From contig CAMUYN010000003.1 in the NCBI GenBank assembly GCA_947165005.1, positions 25,584-89,583 on the forward strand: DNA of 64,000 nucleotides, in the 5' to 3' direction. Shown piece after piece: positions 1 through 15,000 of this stretch. The position numbers and the translations under genes are program-made. Numbering within the stretch: the stretch's first letter is position 1; the number at the start of each line of letters is the position of its first letter. Origin of the DNA: an uncultured Bacillota bacterium (lineage in GTDB: Bacteria; Bacillota_I; Bacilli_A; RF39; UBA660). The notes beneath the pieces were generated by a model, which saw only the letters and a list, made by a program, of their open reading frames with translations, was not told where the DNA came from and did no database searches.

Positions 1-3000
1 CAAATGTTGAATAACCTGAATAAATTTTAAAGTTATCGAAATGATTCTCTGTTGTAGTAATTTCAAATGTTGTGTCTTTAACATTTAATGTTCCATATCT
101 ACTATATATTCCTTCATCCTCAAAATTATAAAAATGTGAATTTTCTATTGTAAGACTTCCATTGTTTTCACCAACAAAATATGAATAACTATCTAAATTC
201 TTAATTATAGTAGTACCAGAATTATCTACTATTTTAGATGCAGTTGGTGTTCCACTATTATATGTTTGGCCATTATTATATACACCGCCATAAATATTAG
301 TTGTTCCACCAGAAACTGTTCTAATTGATGCATTTGCATTAGCTGCTCCATTATTTTCACAGTGAATCCATGGTGCATCAAATAAACTATCTGTACTTTG
401 ATCATTATCATTATTTAAATCAACAATATTAAGAATATTTCTATTGATTATTACATGTGCATTTATATTATGTAAATATGCTCCATTTAAGATATCAACA
501 GTACCACTATTATCGATTAAAGTAGATCCTGTAGATGATGTAATAATTCCTTCATCCTTTACAACCAATGTAGAATTACTATTATTCTTAAATAATAATA
601 TTCCATGATTAGTAGATACTTTTGCATCTATCAAATTAATAGTTCCATTATTATCAAATGCAGTAGTTCCAGATATTGCAATTATTTCACCAGTATTTCC
701 ATTACTACTATCTATAATAGTTAACTCACCATTATTTACAAATAACTTATCATTTGATTGTCTAATTGTTTTTCCATTTAAATCAAATGTAACAATATTA
801 CTAACAACAGCTGCTTCATCAATTGTTAAGTTATTATAATCATTTATCATTTGAAGTGTATCACCAGAATTTGCTTCATCAAATGCACTCTTTAAATCAT
901 AATATTTCTTTTCTATTCCAACTGATTGAGTAACATTTTTAATAACATATACTTTATCTAGGTAATTTGTCTTATAATCATCAGATGTACCAGATATTCT
1001 TCCATATCCAACTTCAAGATTAGTTATAGTTCCATAAGTAGGATCTGTTTTACCCATTAATATTCCATCATAGAAATTAATAGTACTACTTGAATTATAA
1101 ACACCATATGTAGTTCCTTTAATAATAGGATATGTCTTAGAAACAGCACCATCTATTTCTATTGATTCTCCTAAATTAAATGTTGAACTAGATAAGTAAA
1201 TAGCTCTTCCATTATCAGATATTATAGAACTATTCTTTTTAACATCCACACGTGATGAATATGAATTAATTGCTGCATTATTAAATGCCTCTATAGTAGA
1301 ATTTTCTATAATTAATAATCCTCTATTTTCTATTACTTCTCCACTACCTCTATTATAAAGATATGAACCCGAAATATTAATAGAATTATCATTATTAGAA
1401 TTATATTTATTTCTAATTAGGTGAGAATTCTTAACACCATATAAATCATCATTATCAGTACGATATCCTGAACCATTTGCTGTTCTATCAATAGTTGTAT
1501 TAGTAATACTAATATTTCCACCATTATTTTCTACAAATGAAGCTTTTATTTCAAATGTTGAATCACTAATAGTTAAACTACCAGTATTAATTAAGTTAGG
1601 ATGTAATCCTGATGTTCCACCAGTATTAAGATTAATAATATTTTCCATAGTTACATCATCTAAAGTTAATGTTCCTTGGTTTAATCCTATATGTGAATTA
1701 TCAGAAACAATTCCAGAAATAGTTGCAGTACCATAGTTATATATTAATTCACCCTTACTTGCTGTAGAATAATCTCTCCATGAACTATCATTATCTCGCC
1801 ATGTCCTACTAGCTATTCCATCATATGTACCACCAGAAACATTTAATGTTCCTAGAGAATTATTTACAAATATGGATGATGAATAAATATAATCAGCATT
1901 ATCTATAGTTCCTCTACGATATGCACTTTCTATAAATGAACTATTTGAATAGAAAGTACCATTCGTAATTATTGCAACTCCACTATTATTAACAATAGTA
2001 CCTGAATTTGTTTGTCTATAACCTAATTTATCATAATACTTAGTAAATACTCCACCAGAAATATTAAGATTTGAATTATTCAAAACAACTTCAGACTCTG
2101 TAGAACCAGCTTCCGAAACATAAGTACCACTTAATATATTTAAAGTTCCATTATTTACAAATATATTACCTGTTGTAGAATCAATCTTACCAACAATATT
2201 TGAATTAGTACTATCAATAGTATCTAATTCACCATTGATAATAAACATAGTATTATTATTGTTATCGATTATATTATTATTAATATCAAATGTAATCTTT
2301 AATCCACTTGGAATTGTAATTGGATTTTCAGATCTTGTTATTGTTATATTTCTTAATGCTTGAATAACATCATTATTATTTATAGTTCCATTAGATAAAT
2401 CAGTATTTAATTCATCTACTGAAGTATAAGATTTTCCTTGAGTAATATTTCTAAATACAGGTTCACTAGTTAAATATTTAGATTCAATATCACCAACACT
2501 ATCATAATCTCTATGTATTGAGTATCCATTTTCTACATTATCAATTGAAACATTGTATGCTTTTTGTCCACTAACTATTCCATCATAGAAATTAACTAAC
2601 AATGCTGGATTTGATGTATAAATACCATAAGATTTACCATTAATTATTGGTTTAGTATTTTCTTTAGAATCAACATTTCCATCATGAATACCTAAATTAA
2701 TTATTCCACTTCCAGAATTATTAATAGCAATATCATTAGACACATTGATAGTTCCACCTTCTATATTAGTTATACCTGTTGCACTTATATTTAATTTAGA
2801 ATTAATTGTTCCATTTTCAATTATCAATGAATACTGATTATTAGTATTATCTATTATCTTTCCTGAGCCACTAATTGTAAATGAATTTGAATAAGTACCA
2901 CTCTTTATTCTTAGAAGACCAGGGCTATTTAATGATCCTGATGGTAAAGTATTACTTTCCAATGTTAATATTCCTTCATTATATATTCTTTCAAATGTAG

Positions 3001-6000
3001 TAGTCATATTCTTAATAGTAGCAGTTCCACTACTATTTAAGAAATAATTTTCAATACCACCAGATACACTATAACTATTACCATCTAATGTAACTGTACC
3101 ACTTGTAAAGTTATAAACGAAATATTTTCCAGCAGATGATGTAACATTAGAATCTTTTACTGTTAGTGTTCCTTTATTATTAAACATGTTATTAGTATAC
3201 CAAAGATTAAATATACTTTCATTTGCAATAATAGTACCACTTTCTGTATTTGTAATAGCAACCTTATTGCTAACATTATTGTCATTACCAAAATCAAATT
3301 TGACTTTATCTAAAGTAACTACACCATTATTATTTTCTAAAATACTAATAGAATAATCATAGTTTCCAATATAAAGTTTACTTACTGTTAATGTCCCTTC
3401 ATTATATATATATTTATCACCATAATAACTATTCTTTCTTAATGAATTAGTACTATCAGTAATAGTTAAATTTCCTTGGTTATTAAATAAATATTTATCA
3501 GAATAAGATTTAACAATATGTCCATTATAATCAATTGTTACTGCTTTAGTATCAGAAATATTAATAGTATTTTGTTGATTTATATCAACAAGTAAATCAA
3601 TTTCATCTCCATTATTAGCAGCATCAACAGCATTCTGAATAGTTGTATATTTAGAATTATTAATTTGTGCGACATATGATTCTTCACCATCAGCTACTGG
3701 TCTTGAATTAGCATTAGAGACTAGAATAATCTTTTCTTTAGAATTATCAATTGATTTATAAATATCATATCCTTCTGGAACATTTTCTATATCGGAATTA
3801 ATTGCTGTATTCGCACTTATTGTTCCATCATAGAAATTAAATCTTCCAGAACCAACTATACCATAATTTGTACTTGAAATAGTTGGAGTATTAGACACTA
3901 CTGTAGATGAACCATTCAATAATGTTATTTTAGCATGACCATTACCAACATTTCCTTTTACTAATCCTGATGTAGAATAGTCTGGCATTTCTTCATTTCC
4001 AGTTTTCATTATTATATTTGATAAATTACTAGAAACATATGATGATCCACCGGTATATGATGATCCACCATAATATCCTCCACCACTATTTCTATCTCCA
4101 TAACCAAGAGTAGTTGAAGTTGTTTGATAGCCACCATAACAATTATCTGTATAATAACAAGATCCTCCACCACCAGCAACTATGATTCTTTGTTCATATG
4201 ATTCTGTACTTCTTCTAGAAGATACAACACCATTATCATAATACCAAGTATTATCTTCACTAGATAGAGAAATATCAGTAGCTCCTCCACCAGTTCCTGG
4301 TACAGTCCAATCATTATAGTATCCAGTTGTTGCTCCTCCACCATTATATGCACCATAATATGATCTTAATGCATTCCAGTATGTTCCAGATGAACCATGA
4401 CCACCAACATGGATATACAATTTATCTCCTTTATTTAGAGTAATTGTTCCTGAAGCATAAGCTCCAAATCCACCTCTATAGATTGATTTATATCCACTAC
4501 TCCATCCATTTGCATCGGATGCGGCGGCTCCCCAAGTTTCAAGTTTATAAGTTCCTGTTTGTGGTGCAGTAAATACTTCTTGTGCACCAGTATACCCAAA
4601 TTCATATTCTGTATCTACATTCTTTTCATCAGAACCAATTGTTACAACACCATTATTATTAATAGCAGTACCAAAGCTTGAATCAATATATGTATTACCA
4701 GTTATATTTAAATAAGGAGTAACATAATTCTTAGTATTATTAAATACTGTGGATTTAGCTCCATTAACATTATTAAATCTTGTATTATATACAGTCATAT
4801 AATAATCATTATCTACTATATCCTTATTAGAAGTAGCTGTAGAGTTTACTATTGAATTCTTCAATAATAATTTAGAAACATATTCTATTCCACCTCTACT
4901 GTAATTACCATCTTCATTAAATATAATAGTTCCTGAACCAGTAAGAGTCGAATCATTTATAACTGCTTCTCCTCTATTATTAATATAGTTTAAAGTAGAT
5001 GAATTAATAGAAACATTACCAAAACTATTATAAAGTGTTGTTAAACTCGAATTATTTATAGATACCATTCTTGGAGATGATTCTAATGAAACTGAACCAT
5101 ATAAACTAGATGAATTTATTGTAAATCTAAGTGGGAATGCCTGTGGTGTGAAATAAATTGAATCATTTCCAGTTGATGAAATATTAGAGTTACTAATAAT
5201 TGTATTTCCAGTAGCATATTCTCTAAATCCTTCTCCAGCACCAGTTACATTAATATTTGTATAAGTAACATCAGCAACAGCTTCATTTCTTATACCCTTG
5301 GCATCAGTTGGTGTTGTTACAACTTTTATACCAGAAATACTTGGATCATTACTTCTATTATAAAGTCCTGTAGAGTTATTTCCTATAGCATTAATAACAC
5401 CACTAGATGAAACTATATCACCATTTGTTTCGTTATAAATACCAATAGTTCCAGCATTATTAGCATTGATAATTGCACCTTCACCAATTATTAATTTTCC
5501 TCTGTTTACAATACCATATTTAGAATTAATGTTAATATTAATAGCCCCACTGGATAAATTTAATGTAGCATGTTCTTCATTTAATAAAATACTAGATGTA
5601 GTAGATGTAATAGTTCCATTAACTGCTTCAGAAACTATATTATTATATGATACTTCTGAATCTATATCTATATTATCTACATCAACTGAACTATCGAAAT
5701 CTACTTCACTTAAATAATCTTTAAATACAGGTAATGTTTTAACATTATATGTTTTAGGTAAATTTTTTTTCATTTCTTCAAGTTCTTCATCAGTAATGTC
5801 AAATGTAATCTTTGCATAACCATCATTTGCTTTTGCACATTTACTAACTGGATCAGAACTAAATCCATTAGGACAATTTTCACTATCTATATATTCAGTA
5901 GAACCCTTAGTACTAATTGTAAATATGTCTTTATCATTATTCACATCAGTAGCTTCCGTACAGTAATAACAATACATTGCTTTGTTATCAAGTGATTGAT

Positions 6001-9000
6001 TTCCGATATAACCGGAACCTCCTCCACCACCTGTACAGTAGTTAGTACCAGCAGCTCCTCCACCGTAGTAGCCTCCTCCTCCAGCACCACCTAAGTATCT
6101 GCTAGAAATATCACTTTCAGTTTGACCACCTTGTCCAAATGAACCTTTTCCAAGTGAAGGATTATATTTATAATATCCGCCTGAAGACTGAGTTCCACCA
6201 GTTCCATATCTATTGCTTTCAGTAGTACCACCATTGTTTCCAACGTATCCACCGGCAGAACCACCAGCTCCATATTCACCATAATCCCAGCGTGAAGATC
6301 CTCCTCCACCACCAGCAACTATAAGAATTGAACTTTGATCACTCTCTAATTCTGAAAGAATACCCTGAGAAGTAGCAATGTGAGTTGCTCCTCCACCAGA
6401 ACCAGAATCAAATTGTGAACCATTTCCGTGATATAAGACAGCATTACCACCACCGTTATATCCACCTTGTGCAGTTGTGTTGCTACCATGAACAGATTTA
6501 CCAGCACCACCTACATTAATATATAGTGTATCTCCCGCAGTTAATTCTACTGTACCTACAGAATAACCACCATATCCTCCGTAAATAGAGTTGCTATATG
6601 AACCACCTTGTGCACCCCATACTTCTAACTTGTATGTGCCTGTAAATCCTACATTAAATGTTTCTTCATGTCCACTATATGGAATTTCTTTTCTTAATGA
6701 ATTATCAATTATATATTCTTCACTTGGTTCACAATTTTCACATAAACCAGCGTATTCATTATACTCAGTTAAATCAGCAAGATACTTATTTTTTGCCTCA
6801 TTATATAATCTTGCTTGTTCTGTTTTATAATTGATATTTCTCTTTCTATTTTCTTCAAATTTTCCATCAATTATCTTTAAATTACCATTATTTTTAATTA
6901 CATAATCATTCTTATTAGATGTTAATGTAAATCCATTTAAATCCAATATTACTTCTTTTTCTTCTGGAACCTCAATAGCTGAATCAAGTGTAATTTGTTT
7001 TAATATTTCAATTGTGTCTACTTCTTGATTTAATACTGGATTATCAAAATATATTTCACTAATTGTCGAATAATTATTTGCATTAATTGAATATGCATCT
7101 TCTAAAGAATTACAATACCTAATTTCTTTAATAAAGAATTTATCTGATTCAGTATTATATGAACCACTCTTAGTATATAAGAAATGGACATAATTAACTT
7201 TATTCTTTTGTAATCTTAAAATTCCAGTTTGATTTTCTTTTACACCGCTAACATAGATTTCTCTTCCAGATGTTCCTGATGGAACTGATGTAGAATCAGT
7301 TACATAGACTGAACCATAATTATATGAATGAGAACTAATTGTTGCATTTACATATAAATATTTATCTTCATTAACATTAGTTAAATCATACATTATATAA
7401 GAATGTGCTGTTGAATTAGCAACTCCTGCATTATTACTTATAAATGAAGCTTCAGTAGGAATCTTAGAATTACTTCCATCCAGATTAAGAATTATATTAT
7501 CTGGATTATTTATTTCTTCTGGAGTTATTTCCTTATTATATACTTTTATATTATATATAGTACCATTCCAATAGTTACCATTACTTCCTGCTCTACCAAT
7601 ATATGCATTAGTAGTAGCTCCAGTTATTCGCCATGTACCGCCTTTTGTTAATTTAGTACCATCATAATATACTTCATAATTTCCTTCTTTATATGTAGTT
7701 AATATACTATGTTTACTACCATTATTAAAGTTTGATGGTCTATTATACCATGCAGCATCACTACCTACTCCATTAGATACTTGAATTCTTCCATCAGATA
7801 ATCCAACTACTATCCTCTCTCTAGAAGATCCCATATAAATAACCATATTATTAGTACTAGTTGTTGAGAATTCTGTATATACTGATTCTTCATAATTATT
7901 TAAATTATAATTAGATGTATCTACATATCCATAATCATTATTACCATCAAATAATAAACCTGTACTCTGTGAATTTAATATTGGTCCATTTAATATAGCA
8001 TTATTATGATTTGATGAAGAATCTTTCCAAGTAAATAAATCATAATCAATATTATTGAAATAATATGTATCATTATTATTATGTAATAATGTGCTTTGAG
8101 ATAATATATTTTCACCTTTAGCATTAGTTAAAGCCACATTATTAATTGTGAATGTATCATCTCCACCATGATTACCATTATAATTATAATAGCAGAAATG
8201 AACATAATTAAGTTCTCCTGGTGTTAAAGAAATAGTATAAGTTCTATTTGATACAACACCATACATATCAAACTTCTTAATAGATGATGCTGAATCATAA
8301 TTTAAGAAATTTTCATTATTTGAAACATAAACATATCCATGATCATTATTATTTAAACTTGAGATACTTGCATTTACAAGTATATTAAAGCCTTCAGTTT
8401 GGTCTCTTAAATCATATATTATATAAGAATGTGCATAAGTGCCTCCAAGGAAAGGATTAGTACTCTTATAAGAACCATCATCTTGTCTTTCAAACGAATA
8501 TCTATTAGTATCATTAAGTAATGCAAAATCACTTGTTTCTTGTCTTTCACCAAGTATATTAAAATTAGATATTTTAAATATTTCTATAGGGTTAATGTCC
8601 CCTCCACCTTTAACAAATCCAAAGTATAAATAATATGCTTTACCTTTAGTTAACTTGTATATTTTATTACCATTAATATCATTACCTGTACTTCTATATA
8701 TTTGAGTACCTGTACTACTTAATGTTTCACTAATTGATATATAACCATAAGAATCAGAATTATATGTATCGGCAAATGTAGTAAATGTTAAGAATTTATC
8801 TTCTTCTTCATCAGTTAAATCTAATTTTAGATATGATATAGCTGTTGTATTAGAAGTTGAATTATTACCATTAACAATAGTTTCATTTACTGCATCATAG
8901 ATAAATCCATAATCACCATATTGTTTTATCTTAGATAACATTTTTTCTTTTTCTTCTTCAAATGTTCCTGAATTTGAAGAATCAAATGCATTATCTACAC

Positions 9001-12000
9001 CACTATCTTTTAATTTTGCATAATATGTACTCTTAATTCTTGCCTGTGGATCAGTTACCCTAGCAAGTTTTGCGACATTTTTATAATTTTCTGTAATAAA
9101 TATTACGTTATATGAATATTGTGTAATAGCGTCAGCACCATTATTAATTAATGCAAGTGTATCTGCTACTAATTTACCATCATAGAAATGAAATTCATCG
9201 TTTTGTTCAAGTGCTGCTGTCTTTCCTTCTATAATAGGTCTATCCATCTCTGGATTAATAAATGTATCACTAACTTCAGAACTTCCCTCACCTAAAATAA
9301 ATGTACCATTATTAACGATTGCTTTATTAACAGTATTTTTTACTGTTCCAATAGTATTATCTGATCTAGGATTTCTATCAACAATCTGTAGTTTTCCATT
9401 ATTTACAAATGTTGCAGAAGCATCACTTGTAATACCTCTTCCATCTAAATCTATTGTTATATCTTGGTCAGCTGCAACTATGATATTTTCATTAACAACT
9501 GGAATAGTTGGATTTGTTTGAATTGTACATTGTACATTAGCGCAATAATTAACTGCACTTTGTATACTATCAAATAGTAAGAATTCTCTTCCTTGATCAA
9601 CCACAATTTCTTTAGTATCAGAATCAACTGTATACCATAGTATTCCATTCTTTCCTACTACTCTAGCTATATATGGATTAGTTCTTACCTCTACTTCTCT
9701 TTCTGAAACATTACCAACATAGTCTTCTGCTACTATTTTAACAATATATTCTGTATCTTGTTCTACACCATAGAATGTATGATCATAGTTTTCTGCATGA
9801 TCCTTAACTCCATCAAATATAGGTGATTCATAAGTTAAATTTTCATCATATATTAATGCTGATTTTTCTCTAGCATATAAAGTAAATTTCTTAACTCCTG
9901 ATCCTGCATCTTGAGCAGTTCCACTGACAGTCATATTAAATGACGCAGCTCCTGTTCCAGGATTATTAATAGTTGGACTAATAGTATCAACATTAACTAT
10001 AGTTTCATTAGTATCAGTACTATAAATATTACTCTTCTTAGAAACTGCTGTTATAGTTTCATTTGAATATACTTTAAATGGTTCTGTATATAAAGTAAGT
10101 GCACCATCACCAATCTTATAATATAATTCATATTCATTATGTTCACTTGATAATGTTACTAAGACACCGCAATTTTCTGTAGATGAATTACCACAAACCC
10201 AAGTTTTATTAGTTTCATTATCTAAACTTGGAGTTATTTCTATCATTGGAGATATAACTTCTTCATAAACAGCATATAAATTTTTGTCTTCAGTAATTAA
10301 AGTATTAAAATCATATTCATTTATTCCATCTTCTGACCAATATAAGAATATATGATGTCCTTTTGTTGGAATTGAAGAAGGAATTGTAGCTTTACTATTC
10401 CAATTCACGTCCTCGGTAGTAAATAATGCAGATTCATTATAGAAATTAACATCATACTTACTTATCTCATAGTGAGCCACCAAATGTTTGTTTCCTGTAG
10501 ATCCTGTTGGAATTCCCGTAACAATAACATTATCAATTGTATAATTTATAAATTCGTATCCTTCCTTACTAGGATTATTTAATAGTATATCTGGAGTTTC
10601 AATATTATATGTAGATGGATTTGTTTTTCCATCATCTAAACTACCACCATCATAATCATAAGTAAGATTATAAGTAATTGGTTCATAATTAGCTGTATAA
10701 CTTCTATGTCCTGTAGATCCTGTTGGAATTGTAACAACTAAATTAGTATTTCCAACTAAATCTGTACCTTCCCATCCAATAAAATTATAACCAACTTTTG
10801 ATGGATTATTTAGTGTTATACTAGCACTATCAACAGAATACTTAGTTGGATTATCTTGTTCTACTTTTCCATTATTTAATGTATACGAAATAGTGTATTC
10901 TATCTTTTCAAAATTAGCTGTATAATTTCTATTTCCAGTACTACCTTTTAATACTATTACTGAAGTAGATTTATTAGCAATATCCGTTCCACTCCATCCA
11001 AGGAAATTATATCCTTCTCTTTGTGGATTGCTTATTGAGAATGTTGCTGTTTCTACATCATATGTAGTTGGATTATTTAGCGCTACCATCTCAGCTTGTG
11101 TTAATCCAGAATAATTAATACTATATGTTATTTTTTCAAAATTAGCTACATAGCTTCTATTTCCAGAGCTACCTTTTGGAATTGTTACTTCTGTTGATGT
11201 CCCTGTTATTCCTGTTCCACTCCATCCAGTAAAATTATAACCAGGTTTTGATGGATTATTTAGTGTAAATGTTTCTGTTTTTCTCATATATGTAGATGGA
11301 TTTGTTTTACCAGGTTCATATACTCCATCATTTAAGTTATATGTAATATTATAAACATCTTCATTATCATGCCATTCAGCAGTATATTCTCTATCTCCTA
11401 TACTTCCTTTTGGAATACTTACATTTATTGATATATTTCCATTTCCATCATTCCATCCAGCAAAATCTTCTATACTTAAGCCTTGTCCATCTTTTCTAGA
11501 AGCCGGAATATTTAACGTAAATGTATCTGTCTCAACATTATATGTTGTTGGATTTTTTAATAAGTTTCTTTCTTCAGTAGTTATTCCTTCATAAGATATG
11601 TTATATGTAATAGGGGTATAGTGTGCCACATAGTTTCGTACTCCTGCACTTCCTTTAGGTATTGTTACTGTCGTTGATGTTCCAGTTATTCCTGTTCCGC
11701 TCCAGCCAGCAAATGTATAACCAGGTTTTGATGGATTATTTAATGTAAATGTGGTTGTACTTCTCTTATATGAACTTGGATTTGGTTCTCCTAAAGTTCC
11801 ACCATCAAGATCATATGCAATTGGATAACTATCTTGGTTTTCATGCCATTCAGCTGTATATGTCTTATTTCCTATACTTCCTTTTGGAATACTTACATTT
11901 ATTGATATATTTCCATTTCCATCATTCCATCCAGCAAAGTCTTCTAAATTAAGCCCTTGTCCATCTTTTCTAGAAGCCGGAATATTTAACGTAAACGTAT

Positions 12001-15000
12001 CTGTCTCAACATTATATGTTGTTGGATTTTTTAATAAGTCTCTTTCTTCAGTAGTTATTCCGCTATAAGTAATATTATAAGTTATTGCTTCATAATTAGC
12101 AGTATATGTTCTATTACCTGAGCTTCCTTTAGATATTGTTACTTCTGTTGATGTTCCAGTTATTCCTGTCCCACTCCAACCAGTAAAATTATATCCTGGT
12201 TTTGATGGATTATTTAATGTAAATGTGGCCGTACTTCTCTTATATGAATTTGGATTTGTTTTACCAGGTTCAAGTGCTCCACCATCAAGATCATAAGTGA
12301 TTGAATAATCATTTTGATTTTCGTGCCATACAGCTGTATATGTCTTATTTCCTATACTTCCTTTTGGAATACTTACATTTGTTGATGTATTTCCATTTCC
12401 ATCATTCCATCCAAGGAAATCTTCTGAATCATTGCCATGTTCATCTTTTCTTGTACTTGGAATATTTAATGTAAATGTATCTGTCTCAACATTATATGTT
12501 GTTGGATTTTTTAATAAATTTCTTTCTTCAGTAGTTATTCCTTCATAAGATATGTTATATGTAATAGGGGTATAATGTGCTACATAGTTTCTTACTCCCG
12601 CACTACCTTTAGATATTGTTACTACTAGTGATGTTCCATCAATTTCTGTTCCACTCCATCCAGCAAATGCATAACCAGGTTTTGATGGATTATTTAATGT
12701 AAATGTGGCTGTACTTCTCTTATATGAACTTGGATTTGTCTTTCCAGGTTCAAGTGCTCCGCCATCAAGATCATATGTAATTAAATAGCTATCTTGGTTT
12801 TCGTGCCATTCAGCAGTATATGTTCTATTTCCTATACTTCCTTTTGGAATACTTACATTTATTGATATATTTCCATTTCCATCGTTCCATCCAAGAAAAT
12901 CTTCTAAATTATTACCATGTTCATCTTTTCTTGTACTTGGTTCATTTAATGTAATAGTTTCTGACTCAATATTATATGTTGTTGGATTATTTAATAAATT
13001 TCTTTCTTCAGTAGTTATTCCTTCATAAGTTATATTATATGTAATTGGGGTATAGTGAGCTACATAGTTTCTTACTCCTGCACTACCTTTAGATATTGTT
13101 ACTATTTCTTCTGTTCCAGTTATTCCTGTCCCACTCCATCCGGCAAATTCATATCCTTCTTTTGATGGATTATTTAATGTAAATGTCTCTGTGCTTCTCT
13201 TATATGAAGTTGGATTTGTCTTTCCAAGTTCAAGTGCTCCACCATCAAGATCATACGTGATTAAATAACTGTCTTGATTTTCTCCCCATACAGCAGTATA
13301 TGTTCTATCATCTATACTTCCTTTTTCAATTGTTACATTGATTGATGTATTTCCATTTCCATCATTCCATCCAAGGAAATCTAGTAAATTATTACCATGT
13401 TCATCTTTTCTTGGATCAGGATTATTTAACTTAAATGTATTTGTTTCAACATTATATGTAGTAGGATTATTTAATAAGTTTCTCTCTTCTTCTGTTATTT
13501 CATTATAAAGAATATTATAAGTATTAATTTCATAAGCAGCTGTTAGTGTTGCATCTTCGTCATTAAATGTAAATGTATTATTTAGGAATACTCCACCGCC
13601 AGTTTTATCATATCTTATAAAACTATAACCTCTTTTTACTGATTCTGCTATTTGTCTTATAGTTCCATAATCTTCTTCATATGTAACAACAGATGCATTA
13701 TCTAAATATGTTCCTCCATTTGGATCAATTGATAATGTAGATTTTTTTATCGCATAGCAAGCAGTATATTCTCTATCTCCAACACTACCTTTTTTAATTT
13801 GTAAATTTAATGTTTCTTCAGTTAAATCTGTTCCTACCCAACCGATAAATGTATATCCCTCTTTACTAGGATTATTCAATGTGAATTCATCACTTACAGT
13901 ATAAGTACTTGGATTATCTTCAGGTAAAGTACCACCATCTAAATTATACTCAATGTTATATGTATTAATTTTATACTTTGCATATAAAGTTAAATCTTCC
14001 TGTACATTTTCATCGTTATAACATGTTCCATTTGCTTCATAACATTTAAATGTATATCCCTTATAAGTAGGAGCATCAATTATATCGATAGCATTTCCTT
14101 CTTCAACTTCTTTTGTACCTATTATAATTTCTTCCCCAGTATTAGGATTTCTATCAATAAATGTTATTGTATATTTATTATTTTTAATTTTTCCAAATAA
14201 TACTATATCCTTAGTAACAGTATTATCAAAATTATATTTATTTGTATATTCTTTATCGGTATACCAACCATCAAAATCTTCTATTCCTGGATTAATATTT
14301 TCAATCTTTTCTAGCGAAGATACATATTCTTCTCTAAATATTTTATTATTTAAATAATAAGCAACATATTTATAGTCTTCTCCACTAGTAATAGCGGTAT
14401 TAATATAATTTCTTGCTTCATTAGTTTTTACTATATCTAAAACTAAACTAGCACTTGTTTTTTCATACGCACCCAATTCTTTATCTTCAATTGCTGTATA
14501 GAATAAATATTTTCCATCTTTCTTCCATCCTGGGTTTTTATTTTCATCAAACGAAAGACCATCTGGAATAATATCCTTTAATACAGTTAATGTACCTTTA
14601 ACTTCACCAGTATTTTTTATATTGATTTTATAATAAATAGATCCCTCAATTGTTTTTGCATTCTTAACAGATCTAACTACTTTAGGTTCTTCGTCATATT
14701 CAAACGTTTCTTTTTTGCCATTTACAATTAAATCTAATTTACTAATAGATTTTTTTATTTCTGCATTAAATGGTTCTACTTCTCTAACAACTATATTTAA
14801 TATTCTTCTATTTTCATCAGTTGTTTCTTCTGTATACCTAACTACTTGATATTTTTCTTCCTCAAGTTTTACTTCATATGTATCTACATCCCCTAAACTA
14901 AATGTATATTCACCATTTTCTTTTGTATAAGTTCTTTTTATCTCTTTATCATCCTTTGATAAACTAAGTTCAAGTCCTTTATACATAGTTCCAGTTTCAT

